Positions 30,572 to 40,850 of a stretch of 64,000 nt of DNA are shown here, one piece after another (within the stretch, counting starts at the first letter, position 1; every line of letters starts with the position of its first letter). Origin of the DNA: Rickettsiales bacterium (GTDB lineage: Bacteria; Pseudomonadota; Alphaproteobacteria; Rickettsiales; UBA1997); contig JAJTDS010000004.1 of NCBI GenBank assembly GCA_021298605.1, positions 24,099-88,098 on the forward strand. Direction: 5' to 3'. A program made the position numbers and the translations under genes. Below the pieces are notes generated by a model. The model did no database searches. It was not told the DNA's origin and worked only from the letters and a program-made list of their open reading frames with translations.

Positions 30572-30623
30572 TATAGTTTTTAATTTTTATAATCGCGGAA
30601 AAGATTAAAACAATCAAACAAAA

Positions 30624-31577
30624 ATGAAACTAATTTTTATGGGAACCTCGCAATTCGCAGTTCCCACTTTAAATAAACTATTAGAAAATAGGCAACATCA
30701 AATAATTGCCGTTTACACTAGAGCCCCTAAGCCAGCAGGCAGGGGCAAGAATCTAGTTTTTTCACCTATTCATCAAATTGCCTTAGATCATAATTTACCA
30801 ATTTTTACCCCTGCAACCCTTAATAATAAGGAATCTCAACAAGAATTTATTAAATTAAATGCAGATATTGCAATCGTTGTATCTTATGGCTTAATATTAC
30901 CAGAAGAAATTATCAGGTCTCCCAAATATCAATGCCTTAATCTTCATCCTTCTCAATTACCAAGATGGCGAGGAGCCTCTCCGATGCAAAGAACAATAAT
31001 CAACGGTGATAATCAAACTGCGGTTATGGTTATAAAAATGGCAAAAGAGCTTGATAGTGGCGAAATTGTCAATAGCTATCATTTGCCCCTAGAAGGCAAC
31101 GAAACCTATCAAGATCTTAGCGATAAATTATCTAAAATTGGTGCGGAATTAATCTTATCAACCATTAACAACCTTGAAACAAGAGTTGAAAATAATTTTT
31201 ATCATCTTGCCACCAAGCAAAATGAAGCTATGGTAAAATATGCCCATAAAATTGCAAAAAGCGAAACCAAAATCAACTGGGAAGAAGAAGCTCAAACTAT
31301 TGAAAATAAAATTCGCGGGCTTAATGGCTATATTGAAAGCTATTTCACTATTAATAATGAAAAAATTAAAATTTTTTCTGCCGAAATTATCAAAAATATT
31401 GATTTGGAAAAATATAAATCAACTCCTTGTGGCTCAATTATTGATTCACAATTAACAATATTATGTAAAAATGGTGCCATAAGACCATTAATTTTACAAA
31501 AATCTGGTAAAAAAATTTTAACCATCAAAGAATTTTTACTAGGCTTTAAACCAGTAATTGGCAAGATTCTTAATTAA
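30624..31577 (+). CDS. fmt: Methionyl-tRNA formyltransferase
   Basis: 317 aa. 'IFMGTSQFAVPTL', 'NLHPSQLPRWRGASP'. Confidence 0.95.
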   Translation: MKLIFMGTSQFAVPTLNKLLENRQHQIIAVYTRAPKPAGRGKNLVFSPIHQIALDHNLPIFTPATLNNKESQQEFIKLNADIAIVVSYGLILPEEIIRSPKYQCLNLHPSQLPRWRGASPMQRTIINGDNQTAVMVIKMAKELDSGEIVNSYHLPLEGNETYQDLSDKLSKIGAELILSTINNLETRVENNFYHLATKQNEAMVKYAHKIAKSETKINWEEEAQTIENKIRGLNGYIESYFTINNEKIKIFSAEIIKNIDLEKYKSTPCGSIIDSQLTILCKNGAIRPLILQKSGKKILTIKEFLLGFKPVIGKILN

Positions 31578-31696
31578 TGGCTTTTAAATATGAATTTAAT
31601 TATAACTTTTCACAAGTTTATATATCTAGATTATCGATATGCTAAAAGATTTGATTTTTTTATTAGAAATATAACTAAATTTAAATACACCTAAAA

Positions 31697-32662
31697 ATGA
31701 TGAAAAACAACAACATAATATCATTATTTTCAGGTGCAGGTGGTTTAGATTTAGGCTTTAAGAAAGCTGGATTTAATACTATTTATGCCAATGAATATGA
31801 TAAAACTATATGGCAAACATTTGAGCAAAATTTTAAAGATACAAAACTCGATAAAAGAGATATAAGAAATATTAAAAGCAGTGAAATTCCAGATTGCACT
31901 GGTATAATTGGCGGTCCACCTTGTCAAAGCTGGAGCGAAGCAGGATCTTTACGAGGAATAAACGATTCAAGAGGAAAATTATTTTTTGATTATATAAAAA
32001 TTATAAGAGATAAAAAACCATTATTTTTTCTTGCAGAAAATGTATCGGGAATATTGCACGAAAGAAATAAAGAAGCTTTTAATGTAATATTAAATGGATT
32101 TAAAGAGCTTGGTTACAATGTAAAGTATAAACTTTTAAATGCCAAAGATTATAATGTACCACAAGATAGAGAGAGAGTTTTTATAGTTGGTTTTTTAAAT
32201 GATGTTGATTTTCAATTCCCAGAGCCAAACAAAAAACATATAACTCTAAAGGATGCAATAGACAATTTAAAAGATAGTGCAAAATCATATAATCAAAAAG
32301 AATTAGATATCTTTAATCACGAATACTATATTGCGGGGTTTTCAACTATTTTTATGTCAAGAAATAGAGTAAGAAGTTGGAATGAGCAATCTTTTACAAT
32401 ACAAGCAGGAGGTAGACATGCACCGTTGCATCCACAAGCTCCTAAAATGGAATTTGTCGAGCAAAATAAAAGGATTTTCAAGAAAGGAAGTGAAGAATTA
32501 TATCGCAGGCTTTCAGTTCGTGAGTGCGCAAGAATACAGACCTTTCCTGATAATTTTAAGTTTATTTACAATAATATTTTAGATGGTTATAAAATGGTGG
32601 GTAATGCAGTTCCTGTAAATTTAGCTCATGAAATGGCAAAACAAATTTTAAAATATTTATGA
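31697..32662 (+). CDS. DNA (cytosine-5)-methyltransferase, HaeIII/NgoPII-like (predicted GGCC)
   Basis: All m5C-MTase motifs are present: I 'LFSGAGGLDLGF', IV 'GGPPCQSWS', VI 'ENV', VIII 'QDRERVF', X 'GNAVPV'. The TRD 'TIFMSRNRVRSWNEQSFTIQAGGRHAPLHPQAP' closely matches my recollection of M.HaeIII/M.NgoPII. Confidence 0.95.
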   Translation: MMKNNNIISLFSGAGGLDLGFKKAGFNTIYANEYDKTIWQTFEQNFKDTKLDKRDIRNIKSSEIPDCTGIIGGPPCQSWSEAGSLRGINDSRGKLFFDYIKIIRDKKPLFFLAENVSGILHERNKEAFNVILNGFKELGYNVKYKLLNAKDYNVPQDRERVFIVGFLNDVDFQFPEPNKKHITLKDAIDNLKDSAKSYNQKELDIFNHEYYIAGFSTIFMSRNRVRSWNEQSFTIQAGGRHAPLHPQAPKMEFVEQNKRIFKKGSEELYRRLSVRECARIQTFPDNFKFIYNNILDGYKMVGNAVPVNLAHEMAKQILKYL

Positions 32663-33501
32663 AAACAAATATATTGCAAGCAATTAATAGCCTTATTGAT
32701 AATGATTTGCATAGCATAGAAAGATATAAAACTCTAAGCTATAAAATACGCATTAACAATATGGGCGAGGCGCTGGAAAATCTTATAAAAGATGCACTAT
32801 GTAATAACTTCAATTTAGAAGCGGACAAAAGAATTGCTATACAAAGCGAATATTTTTCTTATTTAGGCAACCAAAACAACCCACCAGACTTAATTATAAA
32901 AAATGGCGATGCTTTTGAGGTTAAGAAAATTGAAACTAACGAAGGAAGTATTGCATTAAATAGCTCCTTCCCAAAAGATAAACTTTATAGAAATAGCAAT
33001 ATGATAACGATTGCTTGTAAAAATTGCGAAGCAGATTGGATTGAAAAAGATATTTGCTATATAATTGGTTGTGTTGATAAGAGCGAGCAAATAAAGAGTC
33101 TTTGGTTTGTTTATGGTGATTGTTATTGTGCAAAACCTGAAATATATACAAGAGTTAAAAATAAAATTACAAATGCTGTTTCTGAACTTGGTATTGAATT
33201 GAGCGAAACAAATGAAATTGCAAAATTTAAAAATGTTGATCATTTAGGCATAACAAATTTAAGGGTACGTGGAATTTGGGGAATAAAACATCCTAGCAAA
33301 GTATTTGAATACCTTACAACAAAAAGCTCAAAACCGCACATAAAAGCATTGATGCTAAAAGAGAAATTTTACTCTTTTGATGACGATTCAAGAAATGAAA
33401 TTTTAAAAAAATGCAATGTAAGGGATGTAAAAATACAAAACCCAAACAATCCAGCAAAATTAATGGATGCAATCTTAATTGAATATGAGTTTAATATTTA
33501 A
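32659..33501 (+). CDS. Type II restriction endonuclease, NgoPII-like (putative)
   Basis: 280 aa. Its start overlaps the methyltransferase stop in ATGA. PD-(D/E)xK-like 'NPPD...GDAFEVKK'. 'FSYLGNQNNPPD', 'NLRVRGIWG' and 'IQNPNNPAKL' resemble my recollection of R.NgoPII (~278 aa). Confidence 0.7.
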   Translation: MKTNILQAINSLIDNDLHSIERYKTLSYKIRINNMGEALENLIKDALCNNFNLEADKRIAIQSEYFSYLGNQNNPPDLIIKNGDAFEVKKIETNEGSIALNSSFPKDKLYRNSNMITIACKNCEADWIEKDICYIIGCVDKSEQIKSLWFVYGDCYCAKPEIYTRVKNKITNAVSELGIELSETNEIAKFKNVDHLGITNLRVRGIWGIKHPSKVFEYLTTKSSKPHIKALMLKEKFYSFDDDSRNEILKKCNVRDVKIQNPNNPAKLMDAILIEYEFNI

Positions 33502-33548
33502 TATACAACAAAAATCGAAAAATTTAACAACTTAAAAATAATCAAAAT

Positions 33549-33950
33549 ATGCTTAAAAAATCAAAAATTATGATAGTGCAAGCCACTTTTTATCAAGATA
33601 TCTCAAAAATGTTGCTTGAAGGGGCAATTGCTAAAATTAAAGAAAATGGTTATGATTACGAGGCTATTACCGTTCCGGGAGCATTTGAAATTCCTGCTAC
33701 AATTGCAATGATCGCAAAATCAAAATTATATCAAAATGAAGTGGCTGGATATGTTGCCTTGGGCTGTGTTATTAGGGGTATAAATAAATTAGCAATTAAG
33801 CATCAATTAGCAATAGGCTATGGCATTATTACTGTTGAAAATAAAGAACAAGCGATTGCAAGAGCAGATGTTAATCAAAAAAATAAAGGTGGCTTTGCTT
33901 CACAAGCCTGCATTGAAATGATAAAAATAAAAGAAAAATTTATTGAATAA
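33549..33950 (+). CDS. ribH: 6,7-dimethyl-8-ribityllumazine synthase-like protein with an internal deletion
   Basis: 'VPGAFEIP' and 'VALGCVIRG' fit RibH. The segment that normally follows (E/G-T-x-H-F-x-Y-V...) is missing. 133 aa, against about 150-160. Confidence 0.7.
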   Translation: MLKKSKIMIVQATFYQDISKMLLEGAIAKIKENGYDYEAITVPGAFEIPATIAMIAKSKLYQNEVAGYVALGCVIRGINKLAIKHQLAIGYGIITVENKEQAIARADVNQKNKGGFASQACIEMIKIKEKFIE

Positions 33951-34027
33951 TAAGAAATTTATTTTTAATAATCACTCTACTCAATCAAATTTGAGAAAAT
34001 TCAAAATTAGTCAAAAAATAATAATAA

Positions 34028-35212
34028 ATGCAAGATAAATTTTATTTAACCGAAAAATTACCGCCCTATATTTTTGCCGAAATATACCGCCTCAAAAAAG
34101 AAGCAATCGCAAAAGGGCTTGATATTATTGATTTTGGAATGGGCAACCCCGATTCCGCACCACCGCAAAATGTTATGGATAAATTATCCGAATTAGTAAA
34201 AAACCCTAACCTATTTGGCTATTCTCCAACTGGTGGGTTGGAAAGCCTAAAACAAGCAATTTGCAACTATTACCAAAGAAATTTTAATGTTGAATTAGAT
34301 TATCAAAATGAAGCATTGGTAACTATTGGAGCAAAGGAAGGAATCTCAAGCCTTGCAACTGCAATCGCAGATAAAGATAACTATATTTGCGTTCCATCTC
34401 CTTCATACCCTATTCATACTTTTGCTTTTATTCTTGCAAAATCTAATGTTGAATTTATTGAGGCAATTAAGCCCAATGAATTTATAAAAAAATTTAAAGA
34501 ATTCGTCAATAAATCAGCAAAAAAACCTCAAGCAGTAATAGTTAGCTACCCATGCAACCCTACGACCGAAATTGTCGATATTGGCTTTTATCAAGAATTA
34601 GTAGATTTTTGTAAATATCATCAAATTTATATCATTTCAGATATTGCCTATTGTGAGCTATATTTCAACGAATCAGATAAACCAAATTCAATTTTAGAAG
34701 TTAAAGGAGCCAAAGAAATTGCTATTGAGTTTTCTTCAGTAAGCAAAAGCTACTCAATGGCAGGCACTAGAATTGGCTTCGCGGTTGGTAATAAAAACTT
34801 AATTTCTGCTCTTTATAAAATTAAATCTTACCTTGATTACGGTTCATTTAGCCCATTACAAATGGTTGCAGTCGAGGCACTATCAGAAAATAGCAATAAT
34901 TATTTACAAGATTTAAGAGCAAAATATCAAAAAAGAGGAGAGTTTTTTATCAAAACTTACCAAGAAATATTAGGCTGGAAAATCAATCAACCTAAAGCCA
35001 GTATGTTTATCTGGACTCCCCTGCCCCAAGAAGCAAGCAATCTTTCCTCTTTTGAATTTTGCAAAAAATTAATTCAAGAAGCAGGGCTGGCAATATCTCC
35101 CGGTAGTTCCTTTGGCAAAAATGGAGAAGGTTTTATTCGATTCTCAATGATACATAATCAAGATAAAATAATTGAATCTGCTGAAAGAATTGCCAAAATA
35201 CTCAAAAAATAA
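34028..35212 (+). CDS. Class I/II PLP-dependent aminotransferase (AspC/AlaT-like)
   Basis: 394 aa. 'IDFGMGNPD', 'YPCNPT', and the PLP-lysine context 'SVSKSYSMAGTRIGF'. Confidence 0.85.
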   Translation: MQDKFYLTEKLPPYIFAEIYRLKKEAIAKGLDIIDFGMGNPDSAPPQNVMDKLSELVKNPNLFGYSPTGGLESLKQAICNYYQRNFNVELDYQNEALVTIGAKEGISSLATAIADKDNYICVPSPSYPIHTFAFILAKSNVEFIEAIKPNEFIKKFKEFVNKSAKKPQAVIVSYPCNPTTEIVDIGFYQELVDFCKYHQIYIISDIAYCELYFNESDKPNSILEVKGAKEIAIEFSSVSKSYSMAGTRIGFAVGNKNLISALYKIKSYLDYGSFSPLQMVAVEALSENSNNYLQDLRAKYQKRGEFFIKTYQEILGWKINQPKASMFIWTPLPQEASNLSSFEFCKKLIQEAGLAISPGSSFGKNGEGFIRFSMIHNQDKIIESAERIAKILKK

Positions 35213-35224
35213 CCTTGCTATAAA

Positions 35225-35992
35225 ATGGCAAATAATTTATTTAGAATTTTCACCTTATTTCCTGAAATATTCCCCGGAGCCTTAAATTACTCAATTACTG
35301 GCAAGGCTCTAAAAAAAGGTTTATGGCAACTAGAAACCGTCAATATCCGCGATTTCACTAATGATAAACATAAAACTGTTGATGATATTCCCTTTGGTGG
35401 CGGTAATGGCATGGTAATGAAACCAGATATAATTGCTAGTGCCCTTGAAAAGACCCTTGAAACAAGCCCTGAAAATCAACCAAATAACACAAAATCAAAA
35501 CCAAAAATCATCTATCTCTCTCCTCGTGGTCAAAAATTTAACCAAGATAAAGCTATTGAATTGGCAAAATATCTCGAACAAAATCAAGAAATCAACCTAT
35601 TATGCGGAAGATATGAAGGAATAGATCAAAGAGTTATTGACTATTTTGATATTGAAGAATTATCAATTGGAGACTACATAATCACTGGCGGAGAAATTTC
35701 TGCCCTAGTAGTAATCGATGCAATCATCAGAAATTTACCCAATATTTTAGGAGCAGAAGAATCGCTAAATGAAGAATCTTTTGGCAATGGCGAGAATTCT
35801 CAATTCAGGAATTTGCTTGAATATCCTCATTATACTAGACCTGCAAATTGGAGAAGCTTAGAAGTTCCAAAAATTTTAACTTCTGGACATCATCAAAAAA
35901 TTAGAGAGTGGCGATTAGAGCAAGCAATTACAATAACCAAAGAAAGAAGGGGGGATCTTTATCAAAAATTTATTGATAATTTAAAAAAATAA
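35225..35992 (+). CDS. trmD: tRNA (guanine37-N1)-methyltransferase
   Basis: 255 aa. 'DDIPFGGGNGMVM', 'CGRYEGIDQRV', 'GDYIITGGE'. Confidence 0.95.
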   Translation: MANNLFRIFTLFPEIFPGALNYSITGKALKKGLWQLETVNIRDFTNDKHKTVDDIPFGGGNGMVMKPDIIASALEKTLETSPENQPNNTKSKPKIIYLSPRGQKFNQDKAIELAKYLEQNQEINLLCGRYEGIDQRVIDYFDIEELSIGDYIITGGEISALVVIDAIIRNLPNILGAEESLNEESFGNGENSQFRNLLEYPHYTRPANWRSLEVPKILTSGHHQKIREWRLEQAITITKERRGDLYQKFIDNLKK

Positions 35993-35993
35993 A

Positions 35994-38049
35994 TTAATTG
36001 ACAGATTTTTTTCTTGCATAGACTTCAATATATTTATTCATTCTTATTGATTTACCCTTAATAATATTATAATCTAAATTATAATTATAAAAACTACCTA
36101 CATATTCATATTGATTAAAAAATTCTAATATCATCTTTTTATCAAGAAGATAATTGCTTATTTTATCCTTTCTACAATATTTTTTACCTGCACCATTGAC
36201 ATTATTAGCAAAAAACAATAATTTAGTTTTTTTATCAAAAACCGCCTTATTATTATCTTCAGCAAAAATTTGTACTTCATTTTTTAAATTTTCATTAAGA
36301 TTAAAAAAGCTTTGCAAAGCATAAAATTTTGGCACAACTTGTCTTTGCAGATAATTTATCGCTGGAAAAGACATCTCATTAGATAAAAATCCAGAATAAA
36401 TAAAATTATCGTCGTTATTTTTAGCATATTTTTTGATATAATATTCTGTTTTTCCAATAATGTTATTTTTATTATCGTAAAAAATTTTTTTTGCAATATT
36501 TGCATAGCTATAAAAACAATAATTAAAAATAAATTTTGTTAGTGATGCCAAAAATAAAAACACTAATAATTTAGAAAAATTATATTTATTCTCACTCATC
36601 TTGAAAATTAAAGATTCATTTTTAAATAAAAAATAAATATTTAGAATGGTAAAAAAAATAAAAAATAAGGCTAACTGATTGACTCTTATTATACCAATAA
36701 GGTCATTGATAAAAAATATCTTAATAAAAAATTTAACTATAAAAATAGCTAATAATATAATCAAAAGTTGAGTTGCTAAATTCCTAATAATTTTAGCAAA
36801 AAAATATTTTTTTGCTTGAAAATCTAGATAATTATTAAAATTAAAATAATATAAAAAAATTGGCTGAAAGATTACTAACAATAAACTGAAAACTAAAAAT
36901 TCAACACCAGAAAATAATATTGCAGGCAGTGAAGGCAACAATATCAACAAACTAATTGAAAAAATATTTTTATGTAAGGAAAAATATTTTGAATTAAAAA
37001 AATATCTTGCTAATAACAAAATTGGACCAGTAATCATAGCGATAACAGCCCCCTCCTGATCAATTGAAAAAACTCCTTCCAATTTAAGACAAAATAGTCC
37101 AGAAATAAGAATAAAAAATATCAGCCAAAAATTTAATTTTTGTTGATTTTTAAAAATTAAAAAAGGCAATAAATATAATATAAAGTAATATTTAACAGCA
37201 ATGTTAAGAAGGTTATTTAAAGCAGTACTAAATTGATGACCAGGGTAATAATTACTAAAAATCTTCACCATTTCCAAAAATTCTGGTATAAATAACCAAA
37301 TAATAAATAAATAGACAACTCCCACCCCAAGAATTATAATTTTATCTAACTGAATAAAAAAACTAAAATTAAAAACTGATTTATTTTGTGAGTTTTTTGA
37401 ATGCTTATCAAACCGCCATTTTACAAGCTCAATTGCAATAATATAAATTAGATAATGAGGCTTAAAACAAGGAATTAACCCCCCAAGCAAACCTCTAATT
37501 AATTTTTCTGAAGTTGTAAGAGCTGTTTCTCTTTGTAGGGATAAAGCAAAATACGGATAAAATAAAATTGCTAAAAAACTACTTTTGGTTCCAAATTCAA
37601 GTAGCTCTATAGCGGGATAGCGAATAAAAAAACCAAGATAAAGTGGTTTTTTGTAAAATTTTAGTAGTAAAAAAAAGAGAAATTAATGCAGTAATATTAA
37701 TGAAAAAATCACTAAAAATTATTGGATTAATCGCAAAAAAACTGGCAATGCGATATTGCAAAGCATAAATATAAAATGAAATGGGAAAGTTAGTTTCGAA
37801 GAAATCTTTATAATATATAGCTCCTTTGGCTATTTTTTCGCCAAGATATAAATAAATAGCTGTATCAGTGCCAATATCATTAAGAGACCTAACAAATACA
37901 CTAACCAATGTAATTATAGTGGTTGTGAAATATAAAAAATATCTACTAGCAATTAAAACAATTAGAATATTTGCAATTTTATCAATTGATGAATCAACAA
38001 AATTAGTAAATTTTTTGTTCTTATAACCGATAAAATTTTTATTAAACAA
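35994..38049 (-). pseudogene. Large polytopic membrane protein, frameshifted (possible ArnT/PMT_2-like glycosyltransferase)
   Basis: The two track ORFs (37597-38049 and 35994-37490) belong to one gene. The downstream frame stays open upstream to about 37680 ('...KFYKKPLYLGFFIRYPAIELLEFGTKSSFLAILFYPYF...LLGGLIPCF'). It overlaps the upstream ORF's tail, and A8 (37669-37676) and A7 (37626-37632) runs lie in the overlap. The functional call is weak. Confidence 0.55.
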
Positions 38050-38085
38050 CTATTGCCTACTAAAAGATTTTTAATAATTTTTAAT

Positions 38086-38727
38086 TTATTCTGCCTTTTT
38101 AGCAACTACCACTAAAGCGGGGCGAATTAATCTATCACCAATTCGATAACCAGCTTGAATTACATTGATGATTTTACCTTCATCTTCATCGCTCACTACT
38201 TGCGAAATAGCTTCGTGAAGATTATGATCAAATTGCTGATTTAAAGGAAAAATTCTAAATAATTGATTTTTCTCTAAAGATTTTACCAACTCTTTTTGAG
38301 TCATTAGCATTGCCTCAACAAAAGTTTTAAAAGGCAAATTATCAATATTTTCAAGAGCAGGAGCATTATTAGAGGCAAGAAAAAAATTCTCAACCACCAC
38401 CACTAAATCATTAGCAAAATTGGTAATCGCAAATTTAGAACTTTTTTCAACTTCTTCTTTTGATCTACGGCGAATATTTTCAATTTCAGCAAAAGAACGA
38501 AGTAATTTATCATTTAATTCATTATTTTTTTGCTGTAAATCGCTGATCTTAATATTTAATTCATTATTAATTTGTTGATTCTTCTCATTTTGAGAATCTG
38601 GATTTTCTAGGTCTGGCTTTGAATTATTGTTGTTTTCGTCTTCATTATCAGAATTTACTACGGAATCAGTGATTGGAGAATTGTTGATTTTATCTTCTTG
38701 ATTATCTTTTTGATCAAAATTATTCAT
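38086..38727 (-). CDS. grpE: Nucleotide exchange factor GrpE
   Basis: C-terminal 'HEAISQV......VIQAGYRIGDRLIRPALV' signature. I prefer the ATG at 38727; the track's GTG at 38754 is an alternative. Confidence 0.9.
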   Translation of the reverse strand: MNNFDQKDNQEDKINNSPITDSVVNSDNEDENNNNSKPDLENPDSQNEKNQQINNELNIKISDLQQKNNELNDKLLRSFAEIENIRRRSKEEVEKSSKFAITNFANDLVVVVENFFLASNNAPALENIDNLPFKTFVEAMLMTQKELVKSLEKNQLFRIFPLNQQFDHNLHEAISQVVSDEDEGKIINVIQAGYRIGDRLIRPALVVVAKKAE

Positions 38728-38920
38728 AGCTAAATTTTTATTAATTAATTGCACAAAGTTAAGTAAATAACTAAAAATATTTAGAAAATATTGAAGTTAT
38801 TGATAATGGCAAGTTATTAATTTTTAAGTAAAAATCAAGGTTATTTTATAAAATATATTGTCTTTTATTTTTAGCTATACAAAATCATTGATAATTACTA
38901 AAAATTTAAGTATTAAAAAA

Positions 38921-39535
38921 ATGTCTGAAAAAATCATCGAACAAGCTAATTATCTAGTGCCAATGGTAATTGAGCAAACTGCCAAAGGTGAAAGATCTTT
39001 TGATATCTATTCTCGCTTACTTAAAGAAAGAGTAGTATTTCTCTCTGGCCCCGTTAATGATCAAGTTGCTTCATTAATAGTGGCACAACTTTTATTTCTT
39101 GAATCGGAAGACCCTAAAAAAGATATCCACTTTTACATCAACTCTCCGGGAGGAGTTGTAACCTCTGGTCTTGCAATGTATGACACTATGCAATATATTC
39201 GCCCCGATGTTTCAACCTTATGTATTGGTCAAGCCGCCTCTGCAGGCTCCCTACTTTTAATGGCAGGGGCTGAAGGCAAAAGGTTTTCTTTGCCAAATTC
39301 AAGAATAATGATTCATCAACCTTCTGGTGGCTATCAAGGTCAAGCAACAGATATTGAAATTCATGCTAGAGAAATTATCAACATTAAAAAAAGACTTAAC
39401 AACCTTTATGTAAAACATACAAAACAAAAACTTTCCGCAATAGAAAAAGGGATGGAAAGAGATAACTTTATGACAGCTGAACAAGCGCTAGAATTTGGTC
39501 TAATTGACAAAATAGTTGAAGAAAGAGTATTATAA
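38921..39535 (+). CDS. clpP: ATP-dependent Clp protease proteolytic subunit
   Basis: '[15 protein letters not shown]', '[11 protein letters not shown]' (Ser) and 'MIHQPSGG' (His). I prefer the ATG at 38921 to the upstream start at 38858. Confidence 0.95.
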   Translation: MSEKIIEQANYLVPMVIEQTAKGERSFDIYSRLLKERVVFLSGPVNDQVASLIVAQLLFLESEDPKKDIHFYINSPGGVVTSGLAMYDTMQYIRPDVSTLCIGQAASAGSLLLMAGAEGKRFSLPNSRIMIHQPSGGYQGQATDIEIHAREIINIKKRLNNLYVKHTKQKLSAIEKGMERDNFMTAEQALEFGLIDKIVEERVL

Positions 39536-39557
39536 TTAACCCAGTTTTAAAAACAAA

Positions 39558-40844
39558 ATGAACAAGGAAACTAGTAAAGATCTTTATTGTAGCTTTTGTG
39601 GAAAAAGTCAGCATGAAGTAAAAAAATTAATCGCTGGTCCTACAGTCTTTATCTGCAACGAATGTATCTCACTTTGTGGAGATATCTTAAGAGAAGATCA
39701 AAAAAAATCAGCAATAGGTAAAATAGAAGGTCCTCGCCCTACCCCAAAAGAAATAGTTAAAATTCTTGATGAATATGTAGTTGGTCAAGAAATTGCTAAA
39801 AAAACTTTATCAGTAGCGGTTTATAATCACTATAAAAGAATTGATTCCGCACAAAATCCCGATGGAGTAGAATTATTTAAATCAAATATTTTAATGATAG
39901 GACCAACTGGTTGCGGAAAAACTCTTTTGGCACAAACTTTAGCCAGAATTCTTGATGTTCCCTTTACTATGGCAGATGCGACCTCACTAACAGAAGCTGG
40001 ATATGTTGGCGATGATGTTGAAAATATAATATCTCGCTTATTACAATCCGCTAATTACGATATTGAAAAAACTCAAAAAGGGATTGTCTATATTGACGAA
40101 ATAGATAAAATTGCAAGAAAATCTGAAGATGGAAGTAGAACCAGAGATATATCTGGCGAAGGTGTTCAGCAAGGTTTACTCAAAATAATAGAAGGTACAG
40201 TTGCATCGGTTCCTACTCAACCTGGCAAAAAAACTGCCCAACAAGATTATGTTCAAATTGACACAAAAAATATCTTATTTATTTGTGCCGGAGCATTTTC
40301 TGGATTAGAAAAAATCATTGCATCACGAGGCAAAGGTTCTTCAATAGGTTTTGGTGCCGATATAAGAGAAAAAGACGATCACAAAAAAATTGATATCTTC
40401 AACAATGTTGAGCCTGATGACTTAATAAAATTTGGACTAATACCAGAGCTAGTTGGCAGATTGCCAATAATTTCTCCACTTGAAGGATTAACAGAATTTG
40501 ATCTATCTCAAATTTTAGTAGAACCAAAAAATTCAATTATTAAGCAATATAAAAAATTATTTAATCTTGATAAGGTTGAATTAATTTTTGAACCTGAAAT
40601 ATATCTTGAAATTGCTAAAAAGGCAATAGATAGAAGAACGGGAGCAAGAGGCTTGAGAGCAATTGTTGAAAATCTACTACTTGAAGTTATGTATGAAGCA
40701 CCTTCAAAAAAATCAATCAAATCAATATCTGTTTCAGTTGATAATCTTCTTAAGAATACAAAGCCACACATAACTTATTTTTCAAAAGAAGAAGAGCAAA
40801 ATCGACAAGAAACTCAAATTTCCGTAGTAAAAACAAAAGAATAA
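39558..40844 (+). CDS. clpX: ATP-dependent Clp protease ATP-binding subunit ClpX
   Basis: Zinc-finger 'CSFCGK...CNEC', Walker A 'GPTGCGKT', and 'IVYIDEIDK'. Confidence 0.97.
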   Translation: MNKETSKDLYCSFCGKSQHEVKKLIAGPTVFICNECISLCGDILREDQKKSAIGKIEGPRPTPKEIVKILDEYVVGQEIAKKTLSVAVYNHYKRIDSAQNPDGVELFKSNILMIGPTGCGKTLLAQTLARILDVPFTMADATSLTEAGYVGDDVENIISRLLQSANYDIEKTQKGIVYIDEIDKIARKSEDGSRTRDISGEGVQQGLLKIIEGTVASVPTQPGKKTAQQDYVQIDTKNILFICAGAFSGLEKIIASRGKGSSIGFGADIREKDDHKKIDIFNNVEPDDLIKFGLIPELVGRLPIISPLEGLTEFDLSQILVEPKNSIIKQYKKLFNLDKVELIFEPEIYLEIAKKAIDRRTGARGLRAIVENLLLEVMYEAPSKKSIKSISVSVDNLLKNTKPHITYFSKEEEQNRQETQISVVKTKE

Positions 40845-40850
40845 TAAAAA

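Noticed and set aside
31614-31627. A 14-nt string, tttatatatctaga, shared by the region upstream of the R-M cassette and the end of the Dam pseudogene (about 24822-24835). I considered it as a possible island boundary repeat.
   Set aside because: By a rough estimate, dozens of chance 14-mer matches are expected in 64 kb of DNA this AT-rich. The similarity does not extend beyond the 14-mer.
38755-38920. A sigma-32 (heat-shock) promoter for grpE and/or clpP in the divergent intergenic region.
   Set aside because: CTTG elements are present, but the downstream -10-like elements (CCCCAT / CYTATNT) are not matched at the right spacing. I cannot support the call.
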